From assembly GCF_045037415.1 (NCBI RefSeq), contig NZ_CP173439.1: a stretch of 64,000 nucleotides of DNA. One strand, given 5' to 3'. Positions 9,035 through 20,379 of this stretch are shown one piece after another. Source of the stretch: Escherichia coli (GTDB lineage Bacteria; Pseudomonadota; Gammaproteobacteria; Enterobacterales; Enterobacteriaceae). The notes beneath the pieces are model-generated. The model searched no databases and was not told where the DNA came from. It was given only the letters and a program-made list of their open reading frames with translations. Position 1 is the stretch's first letter. The number at the start of each line of letters is the position of its first letter. Made by a program: the position numbers and the translations under genes.

Positions 9035-9125
9035 GCGCGGAACCCCTCTTTCCACTGGTGGCGCAGGAAAGTTAACCGGCTGCCACCATGGGATGATGTG
9101 TAAACCGTGCAGGCATGTTTTTACG
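9035..9125. repeat. Inverted-repeat copy B (partner of 3075..3165)
   Basis: Contains an inverted duplicate of the 3' end of the 3116..3463 gene (reads ...SFHWWRRKVNRLPPWDDV*) plus its downstream sequence. Confidence 0.6.
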
Positions 9126-9137
9126 GGATGATGCTTT

Positions 9138-9169
9138 CATTTGGATATAGAGAATTATTGTACGTTCAG
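9138..9169. repeat. partial copy of a 38-bp Tn3-family-like terminal repeat (tttggatatagagaattattgtac...)
   Basis: Shares the core tttggatat.ga.aattattgtac with copies at 32001, 42145 and 56465. Confidence 0.4.
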
Positions 9170-9465
9170 CACAACAAACTTAATACTAATGTATGCATAC
9201 ATTAGCATTAACTACACATTTAAGACATTAACCATTAATAATGTGTATTATTACACAATATTACCCATCAGGAAGCACGTCGTCAGTATTAGAAAAAAAT
9301 TACAAACGCTCGCCGCAGGCCCAGCGACCGAACGTTAGTGAGCGAGGAAGCGGAAGAGTGTCAGGTCTGAATTGAGCACATACGCCAGAAATTATATAGT
9401 AAAAAGATATATGATTTTTACATTGCTCAGTAGATTGTAAAATGCTGCTGATTGGATATCTATAT

Positions 9466-9852
9466 CTAATTTAGAATAATGGCTTTAAGATGGTCAGAAA
9501 CCATCTTCCAGTTATATTCTCCTGTTGCAGCATTCAAAGCGATAATTTGCATTTCATCAAACGAAATACGTGAACTAATAATATGTACACCATTCCGTTT
9601 TAAAAAAACCTGTGCAACAAACAAGGCTGTTCGCTTATTTGCATCGTTGAAAATGTGACCACGAGCAATAGCAACTAAATACACGGCAGCCAGATCCATA
9701 ATATCTGTCACACCTTCATAATGATACATGTTCAAAACACGATGAATGATCGCGTCAGCGCGACCGGGTTCTGGCATACCCGCCACGCCACCATCACGCG
9801 AAATCAAGCGGTCATGAAACTCAATCACTTCCTGTGAACTAACGAATTTCAT
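9466..9852 (-). CDS. doc: Doc toxin (Fic/Doc family)
   Basis: 128 aa with the Doc motif HIFNDANKRTA; overall similar to P1 Doc as recalled; overlaps the phd stop. Confidence 0.8.
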   Translation of the reverse strand: MKFVSSQEVIEFHDRLISRDGGVAGMPEPGRADAIIHRVLNMYHYEGVTDIMDLAAVYLVAIARGHIFNDANKRTALFVAQVFLKRNGVHIISSRISFDEMQIIALNAATGEYNWKMVSDHLKAIILN

Positions 9853-10073
9853 CGCTTAGAAAGCTCCGTATAGGCCGTCCCATGACTTTGCATGATCTCA
9901 GCAAACTCAGCATCAAGAGCCGCTTTACGGTATCGTTCAAAAGCGTCTTTATCAACTAGTACAGCCGCGCCACCTTTACGGCGCTGAATCTCAACAGGCT
10001 GATTTTCATCAACCGCCAGCTCGAGCAACGAGGCCAGGTTATCGCGAGCATGGCTATAGTTACATGTAAACAT
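9849..10073 (-). CDS. phd: Phd antitoxin (Phd/YefM family)
   Basis: From internal Met: MFTCNYSHARDNLASLLELAVDENQPVEIQRRKGGAAVLVDKDAFERYRKAALDAEFAEI..., close to P1 Phd. Confidence 0.75.
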   Translation of the reverse strand: MFTCNYSHARDNLASLLELAVDENQPVEIQRRKGGAAVLVDKDAFERYRKAALDAEFAEIMQSHGTAYTELSKR

Positions 10074-10090
10074 AGTGCTTCCTCTTTGAG

Positions 10091-10111
10091 TTGTACAATT
10101 AAATTGTACAA
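10091..10111. promoter_or_regulatory. putative phd-doc operator: two TTGTACAA palindromes
   Basis: ttgtacaattaaattgtacaa about 20 bp upstream of the phd start; each 8-mer is self-complementary. Confidence 0.35.
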
Positions 10112-10260
10112 CAGTTCTGTTCAATATGAAATCACCGTAGTAAGGGGGGCGTGCCCATTTCCTCTAAAAGTCTCACCTTTATTATGTAATTAATTGAGTT
10201 TATTTAGAAAATGTTGCAATTTTAGCATCATTTTTTATTGTTCTTTTTAACCTGAAGTAG

Positions 10261-10297
10261 GGGGCCGCTTGGAATTCGGAAATTTTCCCACGCTAAG
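10261..10297. repeat. Tn21/Tn1721-subgroup-like 38-bp terminal IR remnant abutting IS21 copy 1
   Basis: GGGGCCGCTTGGAATTCGGAAATTTTCCCACGCTAAG resembles the Tn1721 IR as recalled (GGGG...AATTCGGAAA...ACGCTAAG). Confidence 0.4.
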
Positions 10298-10357
10298 TGT
10301 CAACGCCACGATGTTTGACCGTTATTTGCCATTTTCATGCCCGCTAAGATACTTTCG

Positions 10358-12327
<1,970 letters not shown>

Positions 12328-13153
12328 GTTGATGTCCTTTCTGGTGTGAGAACCTTAAGGAAACAACATGTTGGGTGGAGCGGACAATCCAAATGGTGAA
12401 TTACCGTCTTATATCACTGGCGCTGACACGGCGTAGAACCCCGAGAAAACGAGAGCATGAAAACCCCCAGGACAGTCACTGAATGGGGGACCAGCAGCGG
12501 TAAAATAACCGACATAATTTCATAATGATGCCTCCGTTAGTTATGAAGGTTTGCGGGCTGACTATACTGTTGGTGCCTGAGCAGAACTGAAGGATTGAGC
12601 GTGTTTCTGATGGAGAGTTCCACAGGTATCCACGAGATTGATTATGCCACCAGAAACACGCTCGGATGCGTTTTAACGTTACTTTTACTGGCAGGCAAGG
12701 TTTCTTTGTTTTATTTGTATTCTGACTCTCAGAATGACTCTGTTCGCTCCATAAATATTAAAATTATCAGGTAGAAGAACTCTCTTTTGTACAACTTAAC
12801 TGTGTCTTTATGGAAATGTTGTAAAGGTTCTTTTCTTTAGCTGTATCGTATTTAAATATACTTTTCTGTAAGTGGAATCTTTGCATAAGATAATAAAAAA
12901 CAGCAAATTATATTAATGGTTATGATATCCTGGGAACACCTGATTAACTAATAAGTTATTTTAATAAAAACATCTGCACTGGCAAATAATTGTACCCCCT
13001 TCAATAGGAATATTCTTATTTAATGGCCTTGTTTATATTCTAAAAATAAAACTGAGAAACTCATCATATATTTGGTAAGAAAACGCACCGGTGAACACTA
13101 TCATGAGGCTATACTGCACTTCCTCAAATTGGGATATTATGATGCATTGATTC

Positions 13154-13903
13154 ATGAAAAAGAGTATACGCAATTACAACGCATTATGGATTGTCTGGTT
13201 ATTATGGGTTACAGCTATATTATATTTTATGCTAGGCAGTCATCGTGATGGTTTTCCCAATGATGTTATTGTTATACATATAATATATCTGCTATCATTA
13301 ATAATGATTGTGTTTTTCATAATAAAAAAGGTTTATGCAATTACTATGTTTAAAAGTAAGAAAAAGCCAGTATCAACACCACAAAGTTCTTCACAGAATT
13401 TAACTGAAGTTGAACACTCTCCGGAGTTACCTTCTTTATCCGGGACGCTTTGTACCACAAACTTACCAGGATCACTAAAGGAAATGAAAGATTGTTTTAT
13501 TTCGAATGACACTTCATTTAACGGAACTTTCAAATGCGGTGGTAATATAATTATTGAGGGGCATGTTGAGGGCGATGTTATTTGTGATAATCTTGTTAAA
13601 ATTGAGAGTGGGGGGTACATCAGAGGGGAGGTTCGTGGTCAGCAAGTGCTGATCAATGGAAAAGTCGAAGGCAAATGTTATGCTGCTAGATTGTCTGTCT
13701 TGTCTAAAGGCATTATGTATGGAGATATTTTTTCTGACGAAATTTCAATTGAAAAAGGGGGGAGTTTTATCGGGTGTTCACAATTAATGGATCCGTCATC
13801 AACAAAAATAGAACATGCAATTGAGGAGAACGATACTGATAGCGAGTTATTTATAACTGATATTCAGTCAACGCTTATACCTGAAGATAACTCGATAAAG
13901 TAA
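13154..13903 (+). CDS. membrane-anchored bactofilin-domain protein
   Basis: 249 aa; two N-terminal hydrophobic helices, then bactofilin-like beta-helix repeats (GGNIIIEGHVEGDVICDNLVKIESGGYIRGEVRGQQVLINGKVEGK...IEKGGSFIG). Confidence 0.5.
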   Translation: MKKSIRNYNALWIVWLLWVTAILYFMLGSHRDGFPNDVIVIHIIYLLSLIMIVFFIIKKVYAITMFKSKKKPVSTPQSSSQNLTEVEHSPELPSLSGTLCTTNLPGSLKEMKDCFISNDTSFNGTFKCGGNIIIEGHVEGDVICDNLVKIESGGYIRGEVRGQQVLINGKVEGKCYAARLSVLSKGIMYGDIFSDEISIEKGGSFIGCSQLMDPSSTKIEHAIEENDTDSELFITDIQSTLIPEDNSIK

Positions 13904-14056
13904 ACATCGGCTTCATAAATTATCGGTATTCATTCGATAGTTTATAGGAGGAAAATACAGGGTTTATATCCCTGTATCTATTCTTATCTGAATTGTCAGT
14001 GTTGCCATATCAAATACGGATATAATAAACAGGAACTTACGAAAACAATAACTGAT

Positions 14057-14434
14057 ATGACTTCACGGCTATTTCTGAAAGCTAATATCAGGAGTCTTAG
14101 TCAAATGAATTTATACTTAAGATTAAAACAGGTGGATTTATCATTAGGTAAATGGATTGATGGAAAAGACAAGATTAGTCAATTAATAATACTTAACACG
14201 ATGAGGATCCTGTTATTTACTGTTTGCATTTATATCATTGGGTTCGTTGATTTTAATTTCTACCATATAGCTGAAAATATTATATCTAATATATACAGAA
14301 TAGATATTTACATTGTTCATGGCATAATGATAATGCCACTATTAGCTATATCTGCATTCTTCATGTTTAGTGTTTCATTTATATTCTATTATTTATTAAA
14401 GAGATGTTTTATGTTGTGCTATCCAAAAAAATAA
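14057..14434 (+). CDS. hypothetical small membrane protein
   Basis: 125-aa AT-rich ORF with hydrophobic segments; no recognisable family. Confidence 0.3.
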   Translation: MTSRLFLKANIRSLSQMNLYLRLKQVDLSLGKWIDGKDKISQLIILNTMRILLFTVCIYIIGFVDFNFYHIAENIISNIYRIDIYIVHGIMIMPLLAISAFFMFSVSFIFYYLLKRCFMLCYPKK

Positions 14435-14588
14435 TCTGTCAGCAGGCCGCAATAGTTTCTGTCGTATTTGAAACTTGATGGTATGCCTGCGATCAATGCC
14501 AACCCCTGCCAGTTTTTTCGGCACAGGAGCTACCCGGTGAAATGCAATAGCACTCAGCTTACGTGAGAGCTATTGCATATAACATTAT

Positions 14589-15191
14589 TTAAAATGAATA
14601 GCGTACTTTTAAGTTCAGCTCATTATCGATATTGTATTTACCGCCAAATGAACGCTCATAGTCGATGCCAACACGGGTGTTTTTGCCAAGCTCAAATGCA
14701 AGGCGAGCTCCAACAAGTACTCGGCTGTCATGCCCGAATTTGACGGTTGTCTCGTTATAAGCATCACTGAGAATAGTTTGATTATCATTCAATATATCAA
14801 ACTGGTAACTTGTGTCTATCTTTGCTACTATTGACCAGTCCTTACCAGTGAGTTTTCTGGCAAAATCAACACCAGTACGACCGACAAGTACATTATAATC
14901 CTTGTTATCAATAACGGTTTGATTAGCCAGATTTTGTTTACTACCTCCAATCCGTCCATAAGTAAGTTCAAACTGAGACTCAATAAACATTTCATTACTC
15001 AGTCCCCAGCGATATCCTATTTCAGCGTCTGCATAATATGAATTTGTGCTGAAGTTCTCTTTGTCTCTTGGACTTAAATAGCTATAAACGTTTGTTGAAT
15101 GGATGTATTTAGCGATAAAATCAGTATAAAAACCGTTATCAAAGAAGATGGACGTATACCCACCCAGACCATAGCTTTTAGTATCGCCATA
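14589..15191 (-). pseudogene. autotransporter beta-barrel domain, 3' fragment (ends ...LNLKVRYSF)
   Basis: Translation continues upstream of the annotated Met without a start and is cut by the IS911 end at 15192; C-terminal aromatic residue typical of outer-membrane beta-barrels; 5' part found at 43915..44477. Confidence 0.6.
15067..15191. repeat. 125-bp direct repeat copy A (partner 43915..44039), internal to the split autotransporter gene
   Basis: Identical stretch cttggacttaaatagctataaacg...agtatcgccata found at both positions. Confidence 0.75.
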
Positions 15192-15508
15192 TGAAGTGGC
15201 ACACTGAATTTGGCCACCTGAACAGAGGTGATATGCTCACCTCAGAACAACACAGGTGCTCCAATGAAAAAAAGAAATTTCAGCGCAGAGTTTAAACGCG
15301 AATCCGCTCAACTGGTTGTTGACCAGAACTACACGGTGGCAGATGCCGCCAAAGCTATGGATATCGGCCTTTCCACAATGACAAGATGGGTCAAACAACT
15401 GCGTGATGAGCGTCAGGGCAAAACACCAAAAGCCTCTCCGATAACACCAGAACAAATCGAAATACGTGAGCTGAGGAAAAAGCTACAACGCATTGAAATG
15501 GAGAATGA
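15192..15508 (+). mobile_element. IS911 left-end fragment (IS3 family), cut by IS30
   Basis: Begins TGAAGTGGCACACTG; OrfA reads [53 protein letters not shown]...IEMENEIL, then diverges into the IS30 end. Confidence 0.6.
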
Positions 15509-15545
15509 AATATTAATTCAATTGGTCAACGCAACAGTTATGTGA
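15264..15545 (+). pseudogene. IS911 OrfA, C-terminally truncated/altered
   Basis: About 93 OrfA-like residues, then a foreign tail ([11 protein letters not shown]) read from IS30 sequence. Confidence 0.6.
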
Positions 15546-16233
15546 AAACATGGGGTTGCGGAGGTTTTTTGAATGAGACGAACATTTACAGCAGAGGAAA
15601 AAGCCTCTGTTTTTGAACTATGGAAGAACGGAACAGGCTTCAGTGAAATAGCGAATATCCTGGGTTCAAAACCCGGAACGATCTTCACTATGTTAAGGGA
15701 TACTGGCGGCATAAAACCCCATGAGCGTAAGCGGGCTGTAGCTCACCTGACACTGTCTGAGCGCGAGGAGATACGAGCTGGTTTGTCAGCCAACATAAGC
15801 ATTCGTGCGATAGCTACTGCGCTGAATCGCAGTCCTTCGACGATCTCACGTGAAGTTCAGCGTAATCGGGGCAGACGCTATTACAAAGCTGTTGATGCTA
15901 ATAACCGAGCCAACAGAATGGCGAAAAGGCCAAAACCGTGCTTACTGGATCAAAATTTACCATTGCGAAAGCTTGTTCTGGAAAAGCTGGAGATGAAATG
16001 GTCTCCAGAGCAAATATCAGGATGGTTAAGGCGAACAAAACCACGTCAAAAAACGCTGCGAATATCACCTGAGACAATTTATAAAACGCTGTACTTTCGT
16101 AGCCGTGAAGCGCTACACCACCTGAATATACAGCATCTGCGACGGTCGCATAGCCTTCGCCATGGCAGGCGTCATACCCGCAAAGGCGAAAGAGGTACGA
16201 TTAACATAGTGAACGGAACACCAATTCACCGAG
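15509..16233 (+). mobile_element. IS30 fragment (left end and 5' two-thirds of the transposase)
   Basis: ATTCAATTGGTCAACGCAACAGTTATGTG end sequence; transposase matches IS30 InsI for ~220 aa, then diverges after ...NGTPIH. Confidence 0.7.
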
Positions 16234-16283
16234 TAGGCAGCCTGGCGGCTGCGGCTTGTCATGGCCTGAAATTACCGTTATAA
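15573..16283 (+). pseudogene. IS30 transposase, 3'-truncated
   Basis: MRRTFTAEEKASVFELWKNGTGFSEIANILGSKPGTIFTMLRDTGGIKPHERKRAVAHLTLSEREEIRAGLS... matches IS30 transposase N-terminus; tail is junction-derived. Confidence 0.75.
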
Positions 16284-16317
16284 AAACAGACAATATCATT
16301 GTCTTTCAGGTAGTTAT

Positions 16318-16683
16318 ATGTCCCGTTCAGCTAAACCCCGTAAACGAAAACCTGCCCCTCAAAGAAGCAAACTTCCCCGCTATGTCGTGAAGCTTCACGA
16401 CGATGACTTCTTTGACGAAGAAGACGCAGAAGCTCTGCGCTTTGATAATTTTGACGATGCCGTTGAGTGCTGCGCAGACCTGAATATTCCCTTCTTTGTG
16501 GATGCCGGAAACAAAAAGCTGGTCTTCTGGTTTGTACGTGTTGATGACGAAGGGTATCCTGAAATAGCCCGCTGCACGGAGCGGGAGTTTGCGACCATTC
16601 TTGCCGGTATCAGCGCCGGCGGCATGTACTGCCCGGAGTGTGGCACGGTTCACTGGCCGGACGGAGTCCCCCCGCCCTTCTGA
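16318..16683 (+). CDS. IS91 ORF121
   Basis: 121-aa ORF immediately upstream of and overlapping the IS91-family transposase. Confidence 0.65.
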   Translation: MSRSAKPRKRKPAPQRSKLPRYVVKLHDDDFFDEEDAEALRFDNFDDAVECCADLNIPFFVDAGNKKLVFWFVRVDDEGYPEIARCTEREFATILAGISAGGMYCPECGTVHWPDGVPPPF

Positions 16684-17870
16684 TGCTTCCCCGTTTTGCC
16701 GACATTTTTCAGCAGGGAAACCGCTGGCTAAACTGGCTGGAGAAACAACCGGAAGGTTCAGTGCGTCCGGTAGTCATTGAGTCTGTGACAAAAATCATGG
16801 CCTGCGGGACCACGCTGATGGGGTACACACAGTGGTGCTGTTCATCTCCGGACTGCAGCCACATAAAAAAGGTCTGCTTCCGGTGTAAAAGTCGCTCCTG
16901 CCCGCACTGCGGAGTGAAGGCTGGCGCACAGTGGATACAGTATCTGCTGAATCTGGTTCCCGACTGTCCGTGGCAGCATATTGTGTTCACACTTCCCTGC
17001 CAGTACTGGTCCCTGGTGTTCCACAACCGGTGGTTACTGGCAGAGATGAGCCGCATTGCTGCGGATGTGATACAGGAAATCTGCCGCCAGGCAGATGTGG
17101 TGCCGGGAATATTCACGGTCATCCACACATGGGGACGTGACCAGCAGTGGCATCCGCACATTCACCTGTCGACAACGACCGGCGGCGTGACATCAGACCA
17201 CACCTGGAAAAACCTTCATTTTTACGCCCGTAAGGTGATGAGTATGTGGCGTTACCGGATAACGCGGTTACTGTCACGGAAATATCCGGACCTGGTGATA
17301 CCGGATGCGCTGGCAGCAGAAGGAAGCAGTAAACGGGACTGGAATCGCTTCCTGGACAGTCATTACCGGCGGGGCTGGAATGTCAACGTATCCCGGGTGA
17401 TGGATAACGCCACACATGTGGCGGTGTACTTCGGCTCTTACCTGAAAAAACCGCCGGTGCCGATGAGCCGTCTGGAGCACTATGCTGGTCAGGATGAAAT
17501 TGGTCTGCGTTACAACAGTCACCGGACAAAACGGGAAGAATACCTGGTGATGAGTGGTGATGAGTTTATGGAAAGGTTCTCCTGGCATGTGGCGGATAAG
17601 GGGTTCCATATGGTGAGGTACTACGGTTTCCTGAGTCCGGTGAAGCGCCGGTTACTGGAAGATGTTGTGTACGTCATAACGGAGACGGTGAGAAAGACGG
17701 CGATGCAAATCAGGTGGAGAGGGATGTATCAGCGGTTACTGAAGGTTGACCCGCTGAAGTGCATCCTGTGCGGAGGTCAGATGCGTTTTACGGGGCTGAA
17801 GCGGGGCTACCGTCTGACAGAGCTGGTCCTGATGCATGAGCCACTGGCGCAACAGCGGGTGTGCGGCTGA
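16638..17870 (+). CDS. tnpA: IS91-family HUH (Y2) transposase
   Basis: 410 aa; N-terminal Cys-rich zinc-binding region (CFRCKSRSCPHCG), HUH-type motif HPHIHLS, C-terminal CILCGG. Confidence 0.85.
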   Translation: MWHGSLAGRSPPALLMLPRFADIFQQGNRWLNWLEKQPEGSVRPVVIESVTKIMACGTTLMGYTQWCCSSPDCSHIKKVCFRCKSRSCPHCGVKAGAQWIQYLLNLVPDCPWQHIVFTLPCQYWSLVFHNRWLLAEMSRIAADVIQEICRQADVVPGIFTVIHTWGRDQQWHPHIHLSTTTGGVTSDHTWKNLHFYARKVMSMWRYRITRLLSRKYPDLVIPDALAAEGSSKRDWNRFLDSHYRRGWNVNVSRVMDNATHVAVYFGSYLKKPPVPMSRLEHYAGQDEIGLRYNSHRTKREEYLVMSGDEFMERFSWHVADKGFHMVRYYGFLSPVKRRLLEDVVYVITETVRKTAMQIRWRGMYQRLLKVDPLKCILCGGQMRFTGLKRGYRLTELVLMHEPLAQQRVCG

Positions 17871-18063
17871 GAGCCGCATCGGAGAAGTTGCGTCCATTTT
17901 CAGGGGAATGGGGTAAAAAACCATCAGTGATATACAGTATCAATCGATAAGATCCATTTAATTGACGGCGGTGCACTCATGGCACGCAGGCAGTGTTGAA
18001 TAAACATCCGTTTTTGGGTGTTTTTTTAATCTTTTTGGGATTTAAATTCCTATCGATGAACAG

Positions 18064-18330
18064 AGATGAGGACCTTCCATCATGGGCTTCGAGGCGGGCA
18101 CGCCACGCTTTTTCAGCCAGTTCATTATCGAACAGGCTTGCCAGATTCAGTAGCAGCGGGTAACGAAAGGGGGTCCAGTAGGCAACCCTGGGCACTGCAG
18201 GATTCATCCCCTGATCGAAGAACGAAATAATGGCGTGATCCCGTTTAACGACCTGCCAGACATCAAACCGTATCCGGTGCTTCTTCTGCAGGACAAGCAG
18301 CGTATCAACCACCTCATCAAGGCGGTGCAT
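18064..18330 (-). pseudogene. N-terminal fragment of an unknown gene truncated by IS91
   Basis: ORF 17977..18330 runs into IS91 sequence; only ~89 codons lie outside the IS. Confidence 0.3.
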
Positions 18331-18361
18331 GCCAAGCTCTGCGGCGTGCAGACGCTGTACT

Positions 18362-18385
18362 TGTCAACGCCACGATCTTTGACCG
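18362..18385. repeat. solo IS21-like terminal repeat remnant
   Basis: TGTCAACGCCACGATCTTTGACCG matches the first 23 bp of the IS21-like copies with one mismatch, then diverges. Confidence 0.4.
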
Positions 18386-19117
18386 TCTTATATCGACAGA
18401 GTTATCCGGCATGGTGTCAATCCGTTCACAATTTTTCCATCGGAGCAGCCTACCACCGGTGATAACCAGACTTTGCCTGTAGTTTGTATACACAATCCCT
18501 GGCATTGAAACACGCATATGAGGTGTACTTCGGAATATGACCGTGCGCTCAGGAAGTACGGCAGATTCCGTCAAAAATTACCTGTAAAGACAGACTTCAG
18601 AAAAAACAGTGCTCGCCGCAGACCGGTGACCGGGCGAAGCCCGCGAACCGGCGAGGAAGCGCAATATATCTGTAGTTACAGTGAGCAGGTACGCCCTGAA
18701 GCCCTTATAAGCGGTTGTGTATGCTGTTTCCCTGGGATGATTTATCCACATATCCGGAGGCTCGATCCAGTAAACAGATCCATGAATGATCAACAAAGGA
18801 TCCATTAAAGATCCCCATATCGCTGCAAACCTTGTCACTCATGGGCCGGGACCACGATCACATAAGCTGTGGCATGTTACTGATAAACAGTAACATGCTA
18901 ATGATAAGCTGTATTCAGTAATCCATATACTGAAGTAAGTTAATGACATAAACTATGGTCAGTACGCCAGACTCAGTTGTTAAATACAGGCTGCAGGTTT
19001 TTCTTCAGTCAGTTAGCGGAGTTCTGACACACGATTTTCTGTTTATTCTTTTACTGTCCACAGGCTGGAGGCTTTCTGGAAAACGAAAATTCAGACATCA
19101 AAAAACTGTTCGGCGAG

Positions 19118-20095
19118 GTGGATAAGTCGTCCGGTGAGCTGGTGACACTGACACCAAACAATAACAACACCGTACAACCTGTGGCGCTGATGCGTCTGGG
19201 CGTCTTTGTACCTACCCTTAAGTCACTGAAGAACAGTAAAAAAAATACACTGTCACGCACCGATGCCACGGAAGAACTGACGCGTCTTTCTCTGGCCCGT
19301 GCAGAAGGATTCGATAAGGTTGAGATCACCGGCCCCCGCCTGGATATGGATAACGATTTCAAGACCTGGGTGGGGATCATTCATTCCTTTGCCCGCCATA
19401 ACGTAATTGGTGACAAAGTGGAACTGCCTTTTGTCGAGTTTGCAAAACTGTGTGGTATACCTTCAAGCCAGTCATCCCGCAGGCTGCGTGAGCGTATCAG
19501 CCCTTCCCTGAAGCGCATTGCCGGTACCGTGATTTCGTTTTCCCGTACCGATGAGAAGCACACCCGGGAATATATCACCCATCTGGTACAGTCAGCCTAC
19601 TACGATACTGAGCGGGATATTGTGCAGTTACAGGCCGATCCCCGCCTGTTTGAACTGTACCAGTTTGACAGAAAAGTCCTTCTCCAGCTTAAGGCGATTA
19701 ATGCCCTGAAGCGACGGGAGTCCGCCCAGGCACTCTACACCTTTATAGAGAGCCTGCCCCGGGATCCGGCACCGATATCGCTGGCGCGGCTGCGTGCACG
19801 CCTCAATCTGAAGTCTCCTGTATTTTCCCAGAACCAGACGGTCAGACGGGCAATGGAGCAGTTGCGCGAGATTGGATATCTTGATTACACGGAGATCCAG
19901 CGGGGGCGGACAAAATTCTTCTGTATTCACTACCGGCGTCCCCGGTTAAAAGCGCCGAATGATGAGAGTAAGGAAAATCCGTTGCCACCTTCACCTGCGG
20001 AAAAAGTCAGTCCGGAGATGGCGGAGAAGCTTGCCCTGCTTGAGAAACTGGGCATCACGCTGGATGACCTGGAAAAACTCTTCAAATCCCGCTGA
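19118..20095 (+). CDS. repA: RepFIB replication initiator RepA
   Basis: 325 aa, [30 protein letters not shown]..., matches the RepFIB (P307-type) RepA as recalled; flanked by iteron-like repeats. Confidence 0.9.
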   Translation: MDKSSGELVTLTPNNNNTVQPVALMRLGVFVPTLKSLKNSKKNTLSRTDATEELTRLSLARAEGFDKVEITGPRLDMDNDFKTWVGIIHSFARHNVIGDKVELPFVEFAKLCGIPSSQSSRRLRERISPSLKRIAGTVISFSRTDEKHTREYITHLVQSAYYDTERDIVQLQADPRLFELYQFDRKVLLQLKAINALKRRESAQALYTFIESLPRDPAPISLARLRARLNLKSPVFSQNQTVRRAMEQLREIGYLDYTEIQRGRTKFFCIHYRRPRLKAPNDESKENPLPPSPAEKVSPEMAEKLALLEKLGITLDDLEKLFKSR

Positions 20096-20099
20096 ATAT

Positions 20100-20370
20100 A
20101 AACTGTAGTCAGTGAAGAGCGCTCCTTTACTGACTACAGCTTATATTAACTGGTGCAGTGAGTGGTCTGCTCACTGCAGTTTATATTCTGTTCCCTGCAG
20201 TGCTGTCTGTAGCTGAGCTGCCATCTGCCTGTCCCTTACGTAAGTGATCCCGTAACCTGATGCTGAGGCATTGCTCCCTTCATAAAACATGACTTACTCA
20301 CTACAGCTTATATACATGCTCCAGCTTATGTTATGTCTGTTCTGCTGACCACAGCTTATATAAGGAAGCG
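20100..20370. repeat. RepFIB iteron region (repeated ACTACAGCTTATAT-type motifs)
   Basis: At least four direct copies and one inverted copy of (c/t)actacagcttatat(a/t) within 270 bp downstream of repA. Confidence 0.6.
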
Positions 20371-20379
20371 CGTATGCCG

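Larger units (their letters stand above)
16234..18063 (+). mobile_element. IS91 (rolling-circle IS91 family), apparently complete
   Basis: orf121 plus tnpA arrangement typical of IS91; span ~1.83 kb; right boundary followed by GAAC; boundaries estimated. Confidence 0.6.

Noticed and set aside
16327-17609. Minus-strand ORFs overlapping IS91 orf121 and tnpA
   Set aside because: Antisense frames; the plus-strand genes carry the conserved IS91 motifs
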